A stretch of DNA of 64,000 nucleotides, from assembly GCF_030684315.1 (NCBI RefSeq), contig NC_081384.1, forward strand, positions 13,616,818-13,680,817, given 5' to 3'. Under the pieces are notes generated by a model that saw only the letters and a program-made list of their open reading frames with translations, searched no databases and was not told the origin of the DNA. The translations under genes and the position numbers were made by a program. The stretch comes from Stegostoma tigrinum. Taxonomy: Eukaryota. Shown piece by piece: positions 12,641-26,576 of this stretch (position 1 is the first letter of the stretch; each line of letters opens with the position of its first letter).

Positions 12641-14056
12641 TGAGGCACCAGGCTGTATACCACTTCTTTACTGGATGGTGGAAAGTACGTTTACTGTGGG
12701 TTAAATGATCTTGTGCCTCTCGGGGAGTGTGAGGAAAGCTGACTGCATCAAAAGCAGCTTTTATCAAGTTTCTGTTCCCGTAATATTAATCATACTATTC
12801 AATAGGAATAAACAATAGGAACAGCAGCAGGCAATTTAAACAACAAACTCACTTCTCTATTTCATGTGATCACCAATGATTTAACCATAGACTGAAGAAA
12901 TCCTGCCTCCCTCTAAACAATCACTCCCCTTTTCAACCAGAACCTGTATATGGGGAAGAGGTAACTAACTTGTAATTCTCTAAAAAGAGACAATTGCCCG
13001 GATAAGAACCTCAGATGGGCAAGACCTTAATTTAAAACTGTGTTCCCGACACCAGGACTTCTGACCGATGTGACACATCCTTCCAGCATCAACCATGTCA
13101 AGACCCTCTGTCTCTAATGTTTCAATTAACAACCCTGATTCCACAGCATCAGGAAGGTGTCTAATACTTCCTTCCACATCACTCAGCAGTTTGCTTCCAC
13201 CAGAACATTTACTGCATCACACTGACTGACAAACAAGTGTTTGCTGTACAGAGAGAAATATTTACAATATCAATGGTCCTCAATTGGATGTGGGCAATGC
13301 CACATGACATCCATTAGACATTCTTTAAATGCAACGCAAGAGTCACAGAGACTTTCAATGATGTTGAAACTAAAATAGAATTAGTTATTCTTCTGTTGTG
13401 CTGTTTCTTGTGGACTTGGATGTATGTTGTGAATGCAAAGAGGGAGAAGATCCAAGGACTTCTCACAAACTGGAATTGGACATGTACTTGCAAAAGAAGA
13501 ATTTGCAGAGCTTCGGGGAAAAAACATTGGAGGTGCAAGGAATTGGACTGCGCTTTGAAAGAGCTGAATCTGGCCTGGTGGACTGATTGGCCTCATCTGT
13601 TGCTCTGCAGATCTAAAGCTGTTGTTGAGCATTCTTCGTTTTATAAAGTGCAGATCCTACATCAAACACCTTATCAGCAACAGGGTTTTATAACATTGAA
13701 GGACACAACAACTTCATGTTTAAGTCTTTCGCTTTTCAAACTCATTCTTCATCATCAGCAGGGAGGTGTTCTCCTTCAGGACAGATTCAACAGTTTGTTC
13801 AAAAAGTACAAATCTAGTTGTATTTCATTCCACCTGAAGCTGAAAAGTAGCACTTCAATCTCAAGGAAGTAATTGGAAACAGTAATGTTACAAAACACAA
13901 ACACTGCATCTTCATTCTGTATTGACATGATTGACTCTTAAAAGAAATTAAAAATCTTTTGTCATCTAACAATCCTCACTTTCCTGCCCAGACTCTGCTC
14001 TCCGCTCAGCTGTCATTCATTAACATTGCTCCTCCCAGCTGTGCAGTCACTGCCTG

Positions 14057-14229
14057 TGAACATTCCGGAAATCCCTGGAAATCCTCCAGTCGGTATCACT
14101 GTGTCGTGTCATTCCTATTTAAAGGAAGCCTGAGATGAGACGTCATTTATTTTCAGCTCACATGTGATAAACCCAGCAAAGTTTAGCTCATTCTGGAAAT
14201 GTCTGGATTCCTGGCAGTAGAATATATAA
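14057..14229 (+). promoter_or_regulatory. HSE/HSE/TATA promoter, copy 4
   Basis: GAAcaTTCcgGAA distal, TTCtgGAA proximal, TATATAA. Confidence 0.8.
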
Positions 14230-14322
14230 CGTGTGTGTCCTGTGTGCTGCAGGAGATCAGAGACTGACGACTGGGAGATCACATCAGTCAGTCTGAGAGA
14301 CGTGAGAGAAGAAGCAGAGACA

Positions 14323-14994
14323 ATGCTGAGCTATCGGTCTTTCCACCCTTCACGCCTGTGCCAGCAGCCTGTGTACACATTGGGGTCTGTTGAACACAGG
14401 CTCTGGGAGCCGCTTCAATGTAATGTGTGGAAACAGGTGGAAGAAGCGAGAAAGAGCATGAACTTCATGAATCGAGTCCTTGAGGAGCTGACAGCAGAAC
14501 TTTTCGAGGGAATTCCAAGAAGTCAGGATAACAAACCTGACAGTATCGGAGAAGGTAAAGTACAATCCTTGGAGAAGGATGGAGATGGGTTTTCTGTGTC
14601 CCTGAATGTGCAGCACTTCTCTCCAGAAGAACTGAGGGTGAAAGTATTTGGAAGAAAAGTGCTGGTGACAGGAAAACACGAGGCGAAATGTGATGATGGC
14701 AGCGGCTCTTACAGCTACAAATATGAAGAGTTCAGGAGAGAATTCCAGCTGCCAGAGGATGTCGATGCTGAAGCTCTTCAATGCTGTTTGTCGCAGGATG
14801 GTCGGTTAAAGGTTCAAGCCCCAAGCCTGGCATTGCCAGCTGTGAATGAACGGACCGTCCCCATCAACATCATCTCAGACACGACAACCACTCCCCGGCT
14901 CATTCCTGACCAAGAGGCAAAGAAACAGGAGAGTGGGAGGGATGTGGGGAACAAGAAAGATGGAGAACATATGGACAACAAAGACTTTGATTGA
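14323..14994 (+). CDS. hsp30: HSP30-like copy 4 (223 aa)
   Basis: Intact ORF ending ..EHMDNKDFD. Confidence 0.92.
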   Translation: MLSYRSFHPSRLCQQPVYTLGSVEHRLWEPLQCNVWKQVEEARKSMNFMNRVLEELTAELFEGIPRSQDNKPDSIGEGKVQSLEKDGDGFSVSLNVQHFSPEELRVKVFGRKVLVTGKHEAKCDDGSGSYSYKYEEFRREFQLPEDVDAEALQCCLSQDGRLKVQAPSLALPAVNERTVPINIISDTTTTPRLIPDQEAKKQESGRDVGNKKDGEHMDNKDFD

Positions 14995-16162
14995 ATGAAC
15001 GTTTTAATGTATAGGAATTATTGCAACGCAGCAATCAATATCTGTCAATGTACACTGAAAATAAAAATTTTGTTGTATTAATTGTCTTGAGCATAGATAA
15101 GGGTACTGTGCTATTATAAACATTCATGTGGAGTATTTATAAAGAAGTATGCATATTGGATCAATAAATAGTTTTGAAAGTTAATAATCCTGATTGTGCC
15201 CTCTTATTTGATCAAAACAAAAGTAATACATTACTGATAATCTTCATTCAAAATTACATTATTTTCAGTTAAGGTAAAGAGACCTCCTATGTGGGATTAA
15301 ATTAAAACACAGGGCAGAAAATCAGGTGGTCGAGATTTGCCTCAATCTAAACTCCGACTCATATAGTCATCGAGTCATGAAGTTATGCAGCACAGAAACA
15401 TATCCTTTGGTCCAACCTGACCGTGCCCACCAGGTATGCCAAACGTAACTCGTCCCATTTGCCTGCGTTTGGTACATATCTCGCTCACCTTTTCCTATTC
15501 ATGCACATCTCCAAATATCTTTAAATATTCTAACTGTACCTGCACCTACCACGCTCTCTGGCAGCTCATTCATTTCTCACAATACCCGCTGTGTGGAAAC
15601 ATTGTCCTTCAGGTCTCTTTTAAAAAGTTCCGGTTGCTGCTTGAACCTATGCTCTCTAGCTTTGGGCTCCCAAACCCTTGGAATAAGATCTTGGCGATCC
15701 ACCTTTTCTGTGCCTCTCATGATTTTATAAACTTCCGTAAGGTCACCCCTCAGCATATTGCATACAGTTCGTGTCACCACACCTGCAGAAGGACTCAGAT
15801 ACTTTGGAGAGGATACAGAAAGGTTTTACCAGGATTTTACCTTGGATGGGCAATTTTAGCCCAGAGTGGAAGGACAAAATGTGTCAGCACAGGTTTGGAG
15901 AGCTGAGGGGCAGGGTCATGTGCTGCATTATGCGATGTTCATACGGAGCTGGTGGAAACAAAAAGTCCTCGCCTATCGAGCCTCTCCCTACAACTCAATC
16001 CTCTCATGTAAGCAACATTCTTCCAAATTTTTTCTGTCTCTAGTACAGTCGAAGATATTAAATTCATGTTGAGGGACCATCATTGAAGTGCTTTGTGCAC
16101 ATCAATCGATCAGATGTTTGCAGATTTACAAATCATCAGCAACAAGGGCTTGTCATCCAACA

Positions 16163-17135
16163 CCCTCAGGGTATGTCTTCAGCCCAACCATCTTCAGCTG
16201 CTTCAACAATGACCTTCCCCGCCATTGTCAGGTCAAAAGTGGGAATGTTCACCTACGATTGCGCAGTTTTCAGCACGGTTTGCGATTTCTCAAATACTGA
16301 AGCAGGCATATTCAAATGCAGCAAGATCTGGACAATCTGGCTTGGCCTGTCAAATGGCAAGTGGCATTTGTGCAACACAAATGCCAGCCTATCACCATCA
16401 CCAATAAGAGCCATTGTAACCACTGCTCCTTAACATTCAATGGTGGTGCCATGACCTATACCTCACGATCAACATCCTGAGCCTTATCATTGACCAGAAA
16501 CTCAACTTGATTCACCACATAAACACAGTGGCTACAAGAGCAGGCCAGGAGCTGGGAATACTACGGCAGGAAACTCTCTCCTGACTCCTCAAAGCCTGTC
16601 CACCATCAACAAGGCACGAGTCAGGGCTGTGACGGAATACCCTCCACTTGCCTGGATGAGTCCGGCTCCAACAACACATGAGAATTTTGACACCATTCAG
16701 CACAAAGCAGAGCACTCGATTCGCACCACATCCATAAGCACCCACTCCGTCCAACCCCCACGCTCAGTACCAGCAGTGTCTAATATCTGCAGGATGTGCT
16801 GCAGAAATTCACTAAAGATCCTCAGACAGCACTTTCCAAACACACATCCACTTCCATCCAAGGGCAGCAGACAAATGGGAACACCACCACCTTCAACTTC
16901 CCCTCCAAGCCCCTCATCACCCTGACTTGGAAATATATCGGTGTTCCTTCACTGTCATTGGATCAAAATCCCAGAATTGTCTCCCAAGTGGTCGTGTGGG
17001 TGAATCCACGGCAGGTGGTGCGCAGACGTTCAAGAAGGCATCTCACCACCACCTTCTCAAGGGAAATGAGGTACGGGCAAGAAATGCTGGCCAGACTGCC
17101 ACTCCCACAGCCCACAAAAGAGTGGAAAATATAAC
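16163..17135 (+). mobile_element. Same CR1/L2-group LINE fragment, spacer A4
   Basis: Paralog of 11668-12640. Confidence 0.8.
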
Positions 17136-18544
17136 TGAGGCACCAGGTTGTATACCACTTCTTTACAGGATGGTGGAAAGCACGTTTACTGTGCGTTAAA
17201 TGATCTTGTGCCTCTCGGGGAGTGTGAGGAAAGCTGACTGCATCAAAAGCAGCTTTTATCAAGTTTCTGTTCCCATAACATTAATCATACTATTCAATAG
17301 GAATAAACAATAGAAACAGCAGCAGGCAATTTAAACAACAAACTCACTTCTCTATTTCATGTGATCACCAATGATTTAACCATAGACTGAAGAAATCCTG
17401 CCTCCCTCTAAACAATCACTCCCCTTTTCAACCAGAACCTGTATATGGGGAAGAGATAACTAACTTGTAATTCTCTAAAAAGAGACAATTGCCCGGATAA
17501 GAACCTCAGATGGGCAAGACCTTAATTTAAAACTGTGTTCCCGACACCAGGACTTCTGACCGATGTGACACATCCTTCCAGCATCAACCATGTCAAGACC
17601 CTCTGTCTCTAATGTTTCAATTAACAACCCTGATTCCACAGCATCAGGAAGGTGTCTAATACTTCCTTCCACATCACTCAGCAATTTGCTTCCATCAGAA
17701 CATTTACTGCATCACACTGACATTCATACAAGTGTTTGGCTGTACAGAGAGAAATATTTACAATATCAATGGTCCGCAATTGGATGTGGGCATTGCCACA
17801 TGACATCCATTAGACATTCTTTAAATGCAACGCAAGAGTCACAGAGACTTTCAACGATGTTGAAACTAAAATATAATGAGTTATTCTTCTTCTGTTGTGC
17901 TGTTTCTTGTGGACTGGGATGTATGTTGTGAATGCAAAGAGGGAGAAGATCCAAAGGCTTCTCACAAACTGGAATTGGACATGTACTTGCAAAAGAAGAA
18001 TTTGCAGAGCTTCGGGGAAAAAACATTGGAGGTGCAAGGAATTGGACAGCACTTTGAAAGAGCTGAATCTGGCCTGGTGGACTGATTGGCCTCATCTGTT
18101 GCTCTGCAGATCTAAAGCTGTTGTTGAGCATTCTTTGTTTTATAAAGTGCAGATCCTACATCAAACACCTTATCAGCAACAGGGTTTTATAACATTGAAG
18201 GACACAACAACTTCATGTTTAAGTCTTTCGCTTTTCAAACTCTTTCTTCATCATCAGCAAGGAGGTATTCTCCTTCGGACAGATTCAACAGTTTGTTCAA
18301 AAAGTACAAATCTAGTTGCATTTCACTCCACCTCAAGCTGAAAAGTAGCACTTCAATCTCAAGGAAGTAATTGGAAACAGTAACGTTGCAAAACACAAAA
18401 ACTGCATCTTCATTCTGTATTGACATGATTGACTCTTTTACATATTTAAAAACGTTTCTCTTTTCACTTTCCTGCACAGACTCTGCTTTCCGCTCAGCTG
18501 TCAATCATTAACATTGCTCCTCCCAGCTGTGCAGTCACTGCCTG

Positions 18545-18717
18545 TGAACATTCCGGAAATCCCTGGAAATCCTCCAGTCGGTATCACTGTGTCAATTCAT
18601 TCCTGTTTCAAGTTAGCCTGAGATGAGACGTCATTTATTTGCAGCTGACATGTGATAAACCCAGCAAAGTTTAGCTCATTCTGGAAATGTCTGGATTCCT
18701 GGCAGTAGAATATTTAA
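18545..18717 (+). promoter_or_regulatory. HSE/HSE/TATA promoter, copy 5
   Basis: Same motifs; TATTTAA. Confidence 0.8.
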
Positions 18718-18810
18718 GGTGTGTGTCCTGTGTGCTGCAGGAGATCAGAGACTGACGACTGGGAGATCACATCAGTCAGTTTGAGAGACGTGAGAGAAGA
18801 AGCAGAGACA

Positions 18811-19482
18811 ATGCTGAGCTATCGGTCTTTCCACCCTTCACGCCTGTGCCAGCAGCCTGTGTACACATTGGGGTCTGTTGAACACAGGCTCTCGGAGCCG
18901 CTTCAATGTCATGTGTGGAAACAGGTGGAAGAAGCGAGAAAGAGCATGAACTTCATGAATCGAATCCTTGAGGAGCTGATAGCAGAATTTTTCAGGGAAG
19001 TACCAAGAAGTCAGGATAACAAACCTGACACTATCGGAGAAGGTAAAGGACAACCCGAGGAGAAGGATGTCGATGGGTTTTCTGTGTCCCTGAATGTGCA
19101 GCACTTCTCTCCAGAAGAACTGAGGGTGAAAGTATTTGGAAGAAAAGTGCTGGTGACAGGAAAACATGAGGCGAAATGTGATGATGGCAGCGGCTCTTAC
19201 AGCTACAAATATGAAGAGTTCAGGAGAAAATTCCAGCTGCCAGAGGATGTCGATGCTGAAGCTCTTCAATGCTGTTTGTCACAGGATGGTCGGTTAAAGG
19301 TTCAAGCCCCAAGCCTGGCATTGCCAGCTGTGAATGAACGGACAGTCCCCATCAGCATCACCTCAGACACGACAACCTCTCCACGGCTCATCCCTGACCA
19401 GGAGGCAAAGAAACAGGAGAGTGGGAGGGATGTGGGGAACAAGAAAGAAGGAGAACCTACGGACAGCAAAGTCTTTGTTTGA
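18811..19482 (+). CDS. hsp30: HSP30-like copy 5 (223 aa)
   Basis: Intact ORF ending ..EPTDSKVFV. Confidence 0.92.
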   Translation: MLSYRSFHPSRLCQQPVYTLGSVEHRLSEPLQCHVWKQVEEARKSMNFMNRILEELIAEFFREVPRSQDNKPDTIGEGKGQPEEKDVDGFSVSLNVQHFSPEELRVKVFGRKVLVTGKHEAKCDDGSGSYSYKYEEFRRKFQLPEDVDAEALQCCLSQDGRLKVQAPSLALPAVNERTVPISITSDTTTSPRLIPDQEAKKQESGRDVGNKKEGEPTDSKVFV

Positions 19483-21125
19483 ATGAACTTTTGAAGATGT
19501 AAGAATTGTTCAAAAGCAACAACGAATTATTGTCAATGTGTGATAAAAATAAAAATTTTGTTAAATTAATTGCTTCAAACTTAGAAAACAGTACCGTGCA
19601 ATTATCGGAAATGGAGTGGATTATTTATATATGTATGTGTATTGGATCAATAAATAATTTTGTAAGTTAACAATCCTGATTTTGCCATCTTCCTTGATGG
19701 AAACAAAAGTGAAACATGACTGATAATCTTCACGCAAACTTACATTATTCTCAGTTAAAGGGAATAGACCTTTTATGTGGGATTAAATTAATACACAGGG
19801 CATAAAATCACACTGTCCAGATCTGCCTAAATGAAAATTAATAGACAATAGGTGCTGGGGTAGGCCTTTCGGCCCATCGCGCCAGCACCACCATTCATTA
19901 TGATCATGGCTGATCATCCACAAACAGTTTCCTAACATAGACAATAGACAATTGGTGCTGGAGTAGGCCATTCAGCCCTTAAGTAGATATAGTAACAGAG
20001 TCATGAAGGTATGCAGCACAGAAACATACCCTTCAGTCCAACTTGACCGTGCCCACCAGGTATGCCAAATGTAACTTGTCCCATTTGCCTGCGTTTGGTC
20101 CATATCTCGCTCACCTTTTCCTATTCATGCACATTTCCAAATATCTTTAAATATTGTAACTGTACCTGCACCTACCACTCTCTCTGGCAGCTCATTCCAT
20201 TCTCACACTACCCGCTGTGTGGAAACATTGTCCCTCAGGCCTCCTTTAAATACTTAGCATCTCCCCTTGAACTTATGCCCTCTAGCTTTGCACGCCCCTA
20301 CCCTTGCACTAAGATCTTTGCGATTCACCGTACCTCTGCCTCTCATGGTATTATAAACCTTCATAAGTTCACCCCTCAGCTTATTAAGTATAGTTCTGGT
20401 CAACACACAAGCAGAATGATTTTCGTGCTTTGGAGAGGGTACAGAAAAGTTTTATCAGGATGCTGCTTTATATGGGGGATATTAGCCATGAGGAAAAGTT
20501 GGATCTATTAGGTTTGTTTTCAGTGGAATACAGGTAGTTGAGGTTTATATGATTGTGAATGCCATGAATAGAATGTAAAGTTTGAGAATGTTTTCACAGA
20601 GTGGAGGCACGAATTAACTGGGGATACAGGTTCAAGATGAGAGGGCGGATGTTTATAAGATTTGTGCGATGCAGGTTTATCACGCAAATGGTGTGGAGTG
20701 CCCAGAACATGCTGCCAGAGGATGTGGTGGATGCAGACACAACAGCAGCATTCGAGAAACACCTGAACGAGTACATGCATAGGACATGAATAGAGGATAC
20801 AGATCCTGTCAGTAACGAGACCGAGAGTGTGGAAGGGCAAAAGGTGTAGCACAGGCTTGGAGGGGTGAGGGGCAGGGTCCTGTGCTGCATTGTCCGATGT
20901 TCATCCAAAGCTCCTGGAAAAAAATGTCCTCGCCTATTGAACATCTCTCTACAACTCAAGCCTCCTGTGAAAGCAACATCTTGTAAATTTTTCCTGCATC
21001 CAGGTCAGTTAAAGATATCAATCTAATGTTCAGGGACCATCATTGAAGAGCTTTGTTCACCTTGATTGCAGAGATATTCCCCATAGATTGACAAATCATC
21101 AGCAACAAGGGCTTGACTTCCAACT

Positions 21126-22115
21126 TCCTCAGGGTAGTGTGCTGAACCCAAGCATCTTCAGCTGCTTCATCAATGTCCTTCCCTCCATTGTCAGGTCAGA
21201 AGTGGGAATGTTCACCAACACATTGGTTGCACAATGTTCAGCACCACTCGCGACTCCTCAGGTACTGAAACAGTCCATGTTCAAACGCAACAAGATCTGG
21301 ACAATATCCAGGCTTGGCTTGTCAAATGGCAAGTGATAATCGCGCCACACAAATGCCAGCCTATCACCATCACCAATAAGAGACAATCTATCCACTGGGC
21401 CTTTACATTAATGGTGTTACCATGGCTTATCCCCCACTATCAATAACCTGGGGCTTATCATTGACCAGAAACTCAACTAGACTCACCACATAAACACAAT
21501 GGCTACAAGAGTATGTCAGAAGCTAGGAACTCCATGGCGAAAAACTCACCTCCTGACTCGTCAAAGCCTGTCCACCATCGACAAGGCACGAGTCAGGAGT
21601 GTGATGGAATACTCGCCACTTGCCTGGTTGAATGCAGCTCCAACAACACACGGGAAGCCTGACACCCTCCAGGACAAAGCAGCCCACTTGATTGGTACCA
21701 CATCCACAAGCATCCATTCCCTCCAAACCCCACACTCAGTCCCAGCAGTGTGTAATATCTGCAAGATCTACTGCAGAATTCCACCAAAGATCCTTAGGCA
21801 GCACCTTCCAAATGCATGATCACTTCCATCTAGAAGGACACGGGCAGCAGACATATGGGGATACCATCATCAGCAAGTTCCCCTCCTAGTCACTTACCAT
21901 CCTGACTTGGAACTATATTGGTGTTCCTTCACTGTCAGTGGGCCACAATCCCAGAATTGTCTCCCAATTGGCACAGTGGGTGAATTCACAGCAGGTGGTG
22001 CACAGATGTTCACGAAGGCAGCTCACCACCACCTTCTGAAGGGAAATGAGGTACAGGCAAGAAATGCTGACCAGACCGCCATTCCCAACGCCCACAAAAG
22101 AGTGGAAAAAATAAC
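21126..22115 (+). mobile_element. CR1/L2-group LINE fragment, spacer B5
   Basis: PQGSVLNPSIFSCFIN.LPSIVRSEVGMF; QQDLDNIQAW..KWQV RT motifs. Confidence 0.8.
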
Positions 22116-23500
22116 TGAGGCACCAGGCTCTACACCACCTGGTTACTGGATGGTGGAAAGCACATTCATCGCGGGGTAAATGGCCGTGTGCCTATCCTGG
22201 TGTGTGTGCAAAACTGATTGCATCAAAAACAGCTTTTATCAAGTTTCTGTTTCGATAATACTAACTGTCCAATTCTAGTGATCGTCAAGAACAGGACTGA
22301 GGATAATGGACTGAAGAAATCCTGCCTCCTGGATAACTGACACTCCCTGTTTAAGCCCTAACCTGGACACAGACCTGAATAATTCAATGTTGCAGCTTCC
22401 TTTGCTCATTGCAGGAGAAACAGCAAACTGATAGCCCTCTGAAAGGAGACAAAACCCTGATCTGACCCTTAAATGCCTGAGCCCTTAGTATTAAACTGTG
22501 CTCCTGATGCCAAGATTTCTGAGCGATGTGACACATCCTTTCAGCATTGAGAATGACACGACCCTCTGAATCTAATGTATCAATGGACAGCCATCATTCC
22601 CAAGCATCAGGAAGGTGTCTCATGCTTCCCTCCACGTCTCCCAGCAGTTTGCTTCCATCAGTACATTTACTGCATCACACTGACTGCAAATAAGTGGTTT
22701 GCTGAACAGTGAGAAATATTAAAAATGTCCCCAAACTGATGTGAGCAATGCAACAAGACATCCGTTAGAAATTCATTAAATGCTGCGCACAAGTCACAGA
22801 GGCTGAACTTATGTTGAACCTAAAATATAGTTGGTTATTCTTCTACTTGTGAACTGAAAAGGAAGCTGTAAATGCAAAGAGGGAGCAGTTCCAAAGGCAT
22901 CTCACAAACTGGAATTTGTCATTGTACTTGCAAAAGGAGAATTCGCAAAGCTTTGGGAAAAGAGCACGGGAGATGCACGGGAGCATTGGAAGAGAGTAAT
23001 CTGGCCTGGTGGACGGATTGGCCTCATTTGCTGCTCTGCAGATCTAAAGCAATTGTTGCGCATTCTGCATTTTATGAAGTGTAAATCCCAAATCAAACAC
23101 ATTATGGGCAAATTGGGTTTTGAAGATTTGAAGAACAATGGAAGAACGCAGCAGCTTCATTTCTAAATGTTTAATTTTCGAATTTACTTTTTATTTATCA
23201 GCAAAGAGCTACTTGCCTTGAGGACGGATTGAACACTTTACTGAAGTGAAATAAACCTATTTTCGTTTTAATCCATCTCAAAATGATAAATAATATATCA
23301 ATCGCAAGGATGCCACTGAGAACAGGAATGATAGAAAAACCAAACACAGTCTTTTCATTCTGACAGGACATGAGTTAATGTTTCAAACAATTAAAACCTT
23401 TTCTCTGTTTCAACAATCCTCACTTTCCTGCACAGACTCTGCTTTCCGCTCAGCTGTCAATCATTAACATTGCTCCTCCCAGCTGTGCAGCCACTGCCTG

Positions 23501-23673
23501 TGAACATTCCGGAAATCCCTGGAAATCCTCCAGTGGGAATCACTGAGTCGAGTCATTCCTGTTTAAAGGAAGCCTGAGATGAGACGTCATTTATTTTCAG
23601 CTCACATGTGATAAACCCAGCAAAGTTTAGCTCATTCTGGAAATGTCTGGATTCCTGGCAGTAGAATATATAA
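23501..23673 (+). promoter_or_regulatory. HSE/HSE/TATA promoter, copy 6
   Basis: Same motifs; TATATAA. Confidence 0.8.
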
Positions 23674-23766
23674 CGTGTGTGTCCTGTGTGCTGCAGGAGG
23701 TCAGAGACTGACGACTGGGAGATCACATCAGTCAGTTTGAGAGACGTGAGAGAAGAAGCAGAGACA

Positions 23767-24351
23767 ATGCTGAGCTATCGGTCTTTCCACCCTTCACACC
23801 TGTGTCAGCAGCCTGTGTACACATTGGGGTCTGTTGAACACAGGCTCTGGGAGCCACTTCAATGTAATGTGTGGAAACAGGTGGAAGAAGCGAGAAAGAG
23901 CATGAACTTCATGAATCGAGTCCTTGAGGAGCTGACAGCAGAACTTTTCGAGGGAATTCCAAGAAGTCAGGATAACAAACCTGACAGTGTCAGAGAAGGT
24001 AAAGGACAATCCTTGGAGAAGGATGGAGATGGGTTTTCTGTGTCCCTGAATGTGCAGCACTTCTCCCCAGAAGAACTGAGGGTGAAAGTATTTGGAAGAA
24101 AAGTGCTGGTGACAGGAAAACACGAGGCGAAATTTGATGATGGCAGCGGCTCTTACAGCTACAAATATGAAGAGTTCAGGAGAGAATTCCAGCTGCCAGA
24201 GGATGTCGATGCTGAAGCTCTTCAATGCTGTTTGTCACAGGATGGTCGGTTAAATGTTCAAGCCCCAAGCCTGGCATTGCCAGCTGTGAATGAATGGACC
24301 GTCCCCATCAACATCACCTCAGACAGCAACCACTCCCCGGCTCATTCCTGA
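23767..24351 (+). CDS. hsp30: HSP30-like copy 6, C-terminally frameshifted (194 aa)
   Basis: Net 2-bp deletion (gacacgacaacc to gacagcaacc) after VPINITSD gives the tail SNHSPAHS*. Confidence 0.8.
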   Translation: MLSYRSFHPSHLCQQPVYTLGSVEHRLWEPLQCNVWKQVEEARKSMNFMNRVLEELTAELFEGIPRSQDNKPDSVREGKGQSLEKDGDGFSVSLNVQHFSPEELRVKVFGRKVLVTGKHEAKFDDGSGSYSYKYEEFRREFQLPEDVDAEALQCCLSQDGRLNVQAPSLALPAVNEWTVPINITSDSNHSPAHS

Positions 24352-25603
24352 CCAGGAGGCAAAGAAACAGGAGAGTGGGAGGGATGTGGGGAACAAGAAA
24401 GATGGAGAACATATGGACAACAAAGACGTTGATTGAATGAACGTTTTAACGTATAGGAATTATTGCAACGCAGCAATCAATATCTGTCAATGTACACTGA
24501 AAATAAAAATTTTGTTGTATTAATTGTCTTGAGCATAGATAAGGGTACTGTGCTATTATAAACATTCATGTGGAGTATTTATAAAGAAGTATGCATATTG
24601 GATCAATAAATAGTTTTGAAAGTTAATAATCCTGATTGTGCCCTCTTATTTGATCAAAACAAAAGTAATACATTACTGATAATCTTCATTCAAAATTACA
24701 TTATTTTCAGTTACGGTAAAGAGACCTTCTATGTGGGATTAAATTAAAACACAGGGCAGAAAATCAGTTGGTCGAGATTTGCCTCAATCGAAACTCAGAC
24801 TCATATAGTCATCGGGTCATGAAGTTCTGCAGCACAGAAACATATCCTTTGGTCCAACCTGACCGTGCCCACCAGGTATGCCAAACGTAACTCGTCCCGT
24901 TTGCCTGCGTTTGGTCCATATCTCGCTCGCCTTTTCCTGTTCACGCACATCTCCAAATATCTTTAAATATTCTAACTGTACCTGCACCTACACGTTCTCT
25001 GGCAGCTCATTCCATTCTCACACTACCCGCTGTGTGGAAACATTGTCCCTCAGGTCCCTTTTAAAAAGTTCCGGTTGCCGCTTGAACCTATGCTCTCTAG
25101 CTTTGGGCTCCCCAACCCTTGGAATAAGATCTTGGCGATCCACCTTTTCTATGCCTGTCATGATTTTATAAACCTTCGTAAGGTCATCCCTCAGCATATT
25201 GCGTACAGTTCTTGTCACCACACCTGCAGAAGGACTCAGATACTTTGGAGAGGATACAGAAAGGTTTTACCAGGATTTTACCTTGGATGGGCAATTTTAG
25301 CCCAGAGTGGAAGGACAAAATGTGTCAGCACAGGTTTGGAGAGCTGAGGGGCAGGGTCCTGTGCTGCATTATGCGCTGTTCATACGGAGCTCGTGGAAAC
25401 AAAAAGTCCTCGCCTATCGAGCCTCGCCCTACAACTCAATCCTCTCATGTTAGCAACATACTTCCAAATTTTTTCTGTCTCGAGTTCAGTCAAAGATATT
25501 AAATTCATGTTGAGGGACCATCATTGAAGAGCTTTGTGCACTTCAATCGCACAGATGTTTGCAGATTTACAAATCATCAGCAACAAGGGCTTGTCATCCA
25601 ACT

Positions 25604-26576
25604 CCCTCAGGGTATGTCTTCAGCCCAACCATCATCAGCTGCTTCATCAATGACCTTCCCCGCCATTGTCAGGTCAGAAGTGGGAATGTTCACCTACGAT
25701 TGCGCAGTTTTCAGCACGGTTTGCGATTTCTCAGATACTGAAGCAGGCACATTCAAATGCAGCAAGATCTGGACAATCTGGCTTGGCCTGTCAAATGGCA
25801 AGTGACATTTGTGCAACACAAATGCCAGCCTATCACCATCACCAATAAGAGCCATTGTAACCACTGCTCCTTAACATTCAATGGTGGTGCCATGACCTAT
25901 ACCTCACTATCAACACCCTGAGACTTATCATTGACCAGAAACTCAACTTGATTCACCACATAAACACAGTGGTTACAACAGCAAGCCAGAAGCTGGGAAT
26001 GCTATGGCAGGAAACTCTCTCCTGACTCCTCAAAGCCTGTCCACCATCTACAAGGCACGAGTCAGGGTTGTGATGGAATGCCCTCCACTTGCCTGGATGA
26101 GTCCGGCTCCAACAACACATGAGAAGTTTGACACCATCCAGCACAAAGCAGCGCACTCGATTCGCACCACATCCATAAGCACCCACTCTGTCCAACCCCC
26201 ACGCTCAGTACCAGCAGTGTCTAATATCTGCAGGATGTGCTGCAGAAATTCACTAAAGATCCTCAGACAGCACTTTCCAAACACACATCCACTTCCATCC
26301 AAGGGCAGCAGACAAATGGGAACACCACCACCTTCAACTTCCCCTCCCAGCCCCTCATCATCCTGACTTGGAAATATATCGGTGTTCCTTCACTGTCATT
26401 GGATCAAAATCCCAGAATTGTCTCCCAATTGGTCATGTGGGTGAATCCACGGCAGGTGGAGCGCAGAGGTTCAAGAAGGCATCTCACCACCACCTTCTCA
26501 AGGGAAATGAGGTACGGGCAAGAAATGCTGGCCAGACTGCCACTCCCACAGCCCACAAAAGAGTGGAAAATATAAC
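25604..26576 (+). mobile_element. CR1/L2-group LINE fragment, spacer A6
   Basis: Paralog of 11668-12640. Confidence 0.8.

Noticed and set aside
10941-13872. Many repeated short ORFs in spacers that look like a conserved gene cassette
   Set aside because: Frames of decayed CR1/L2-type fragments or chance ORFs duplicated with the unit; frameshifts differ between copies.
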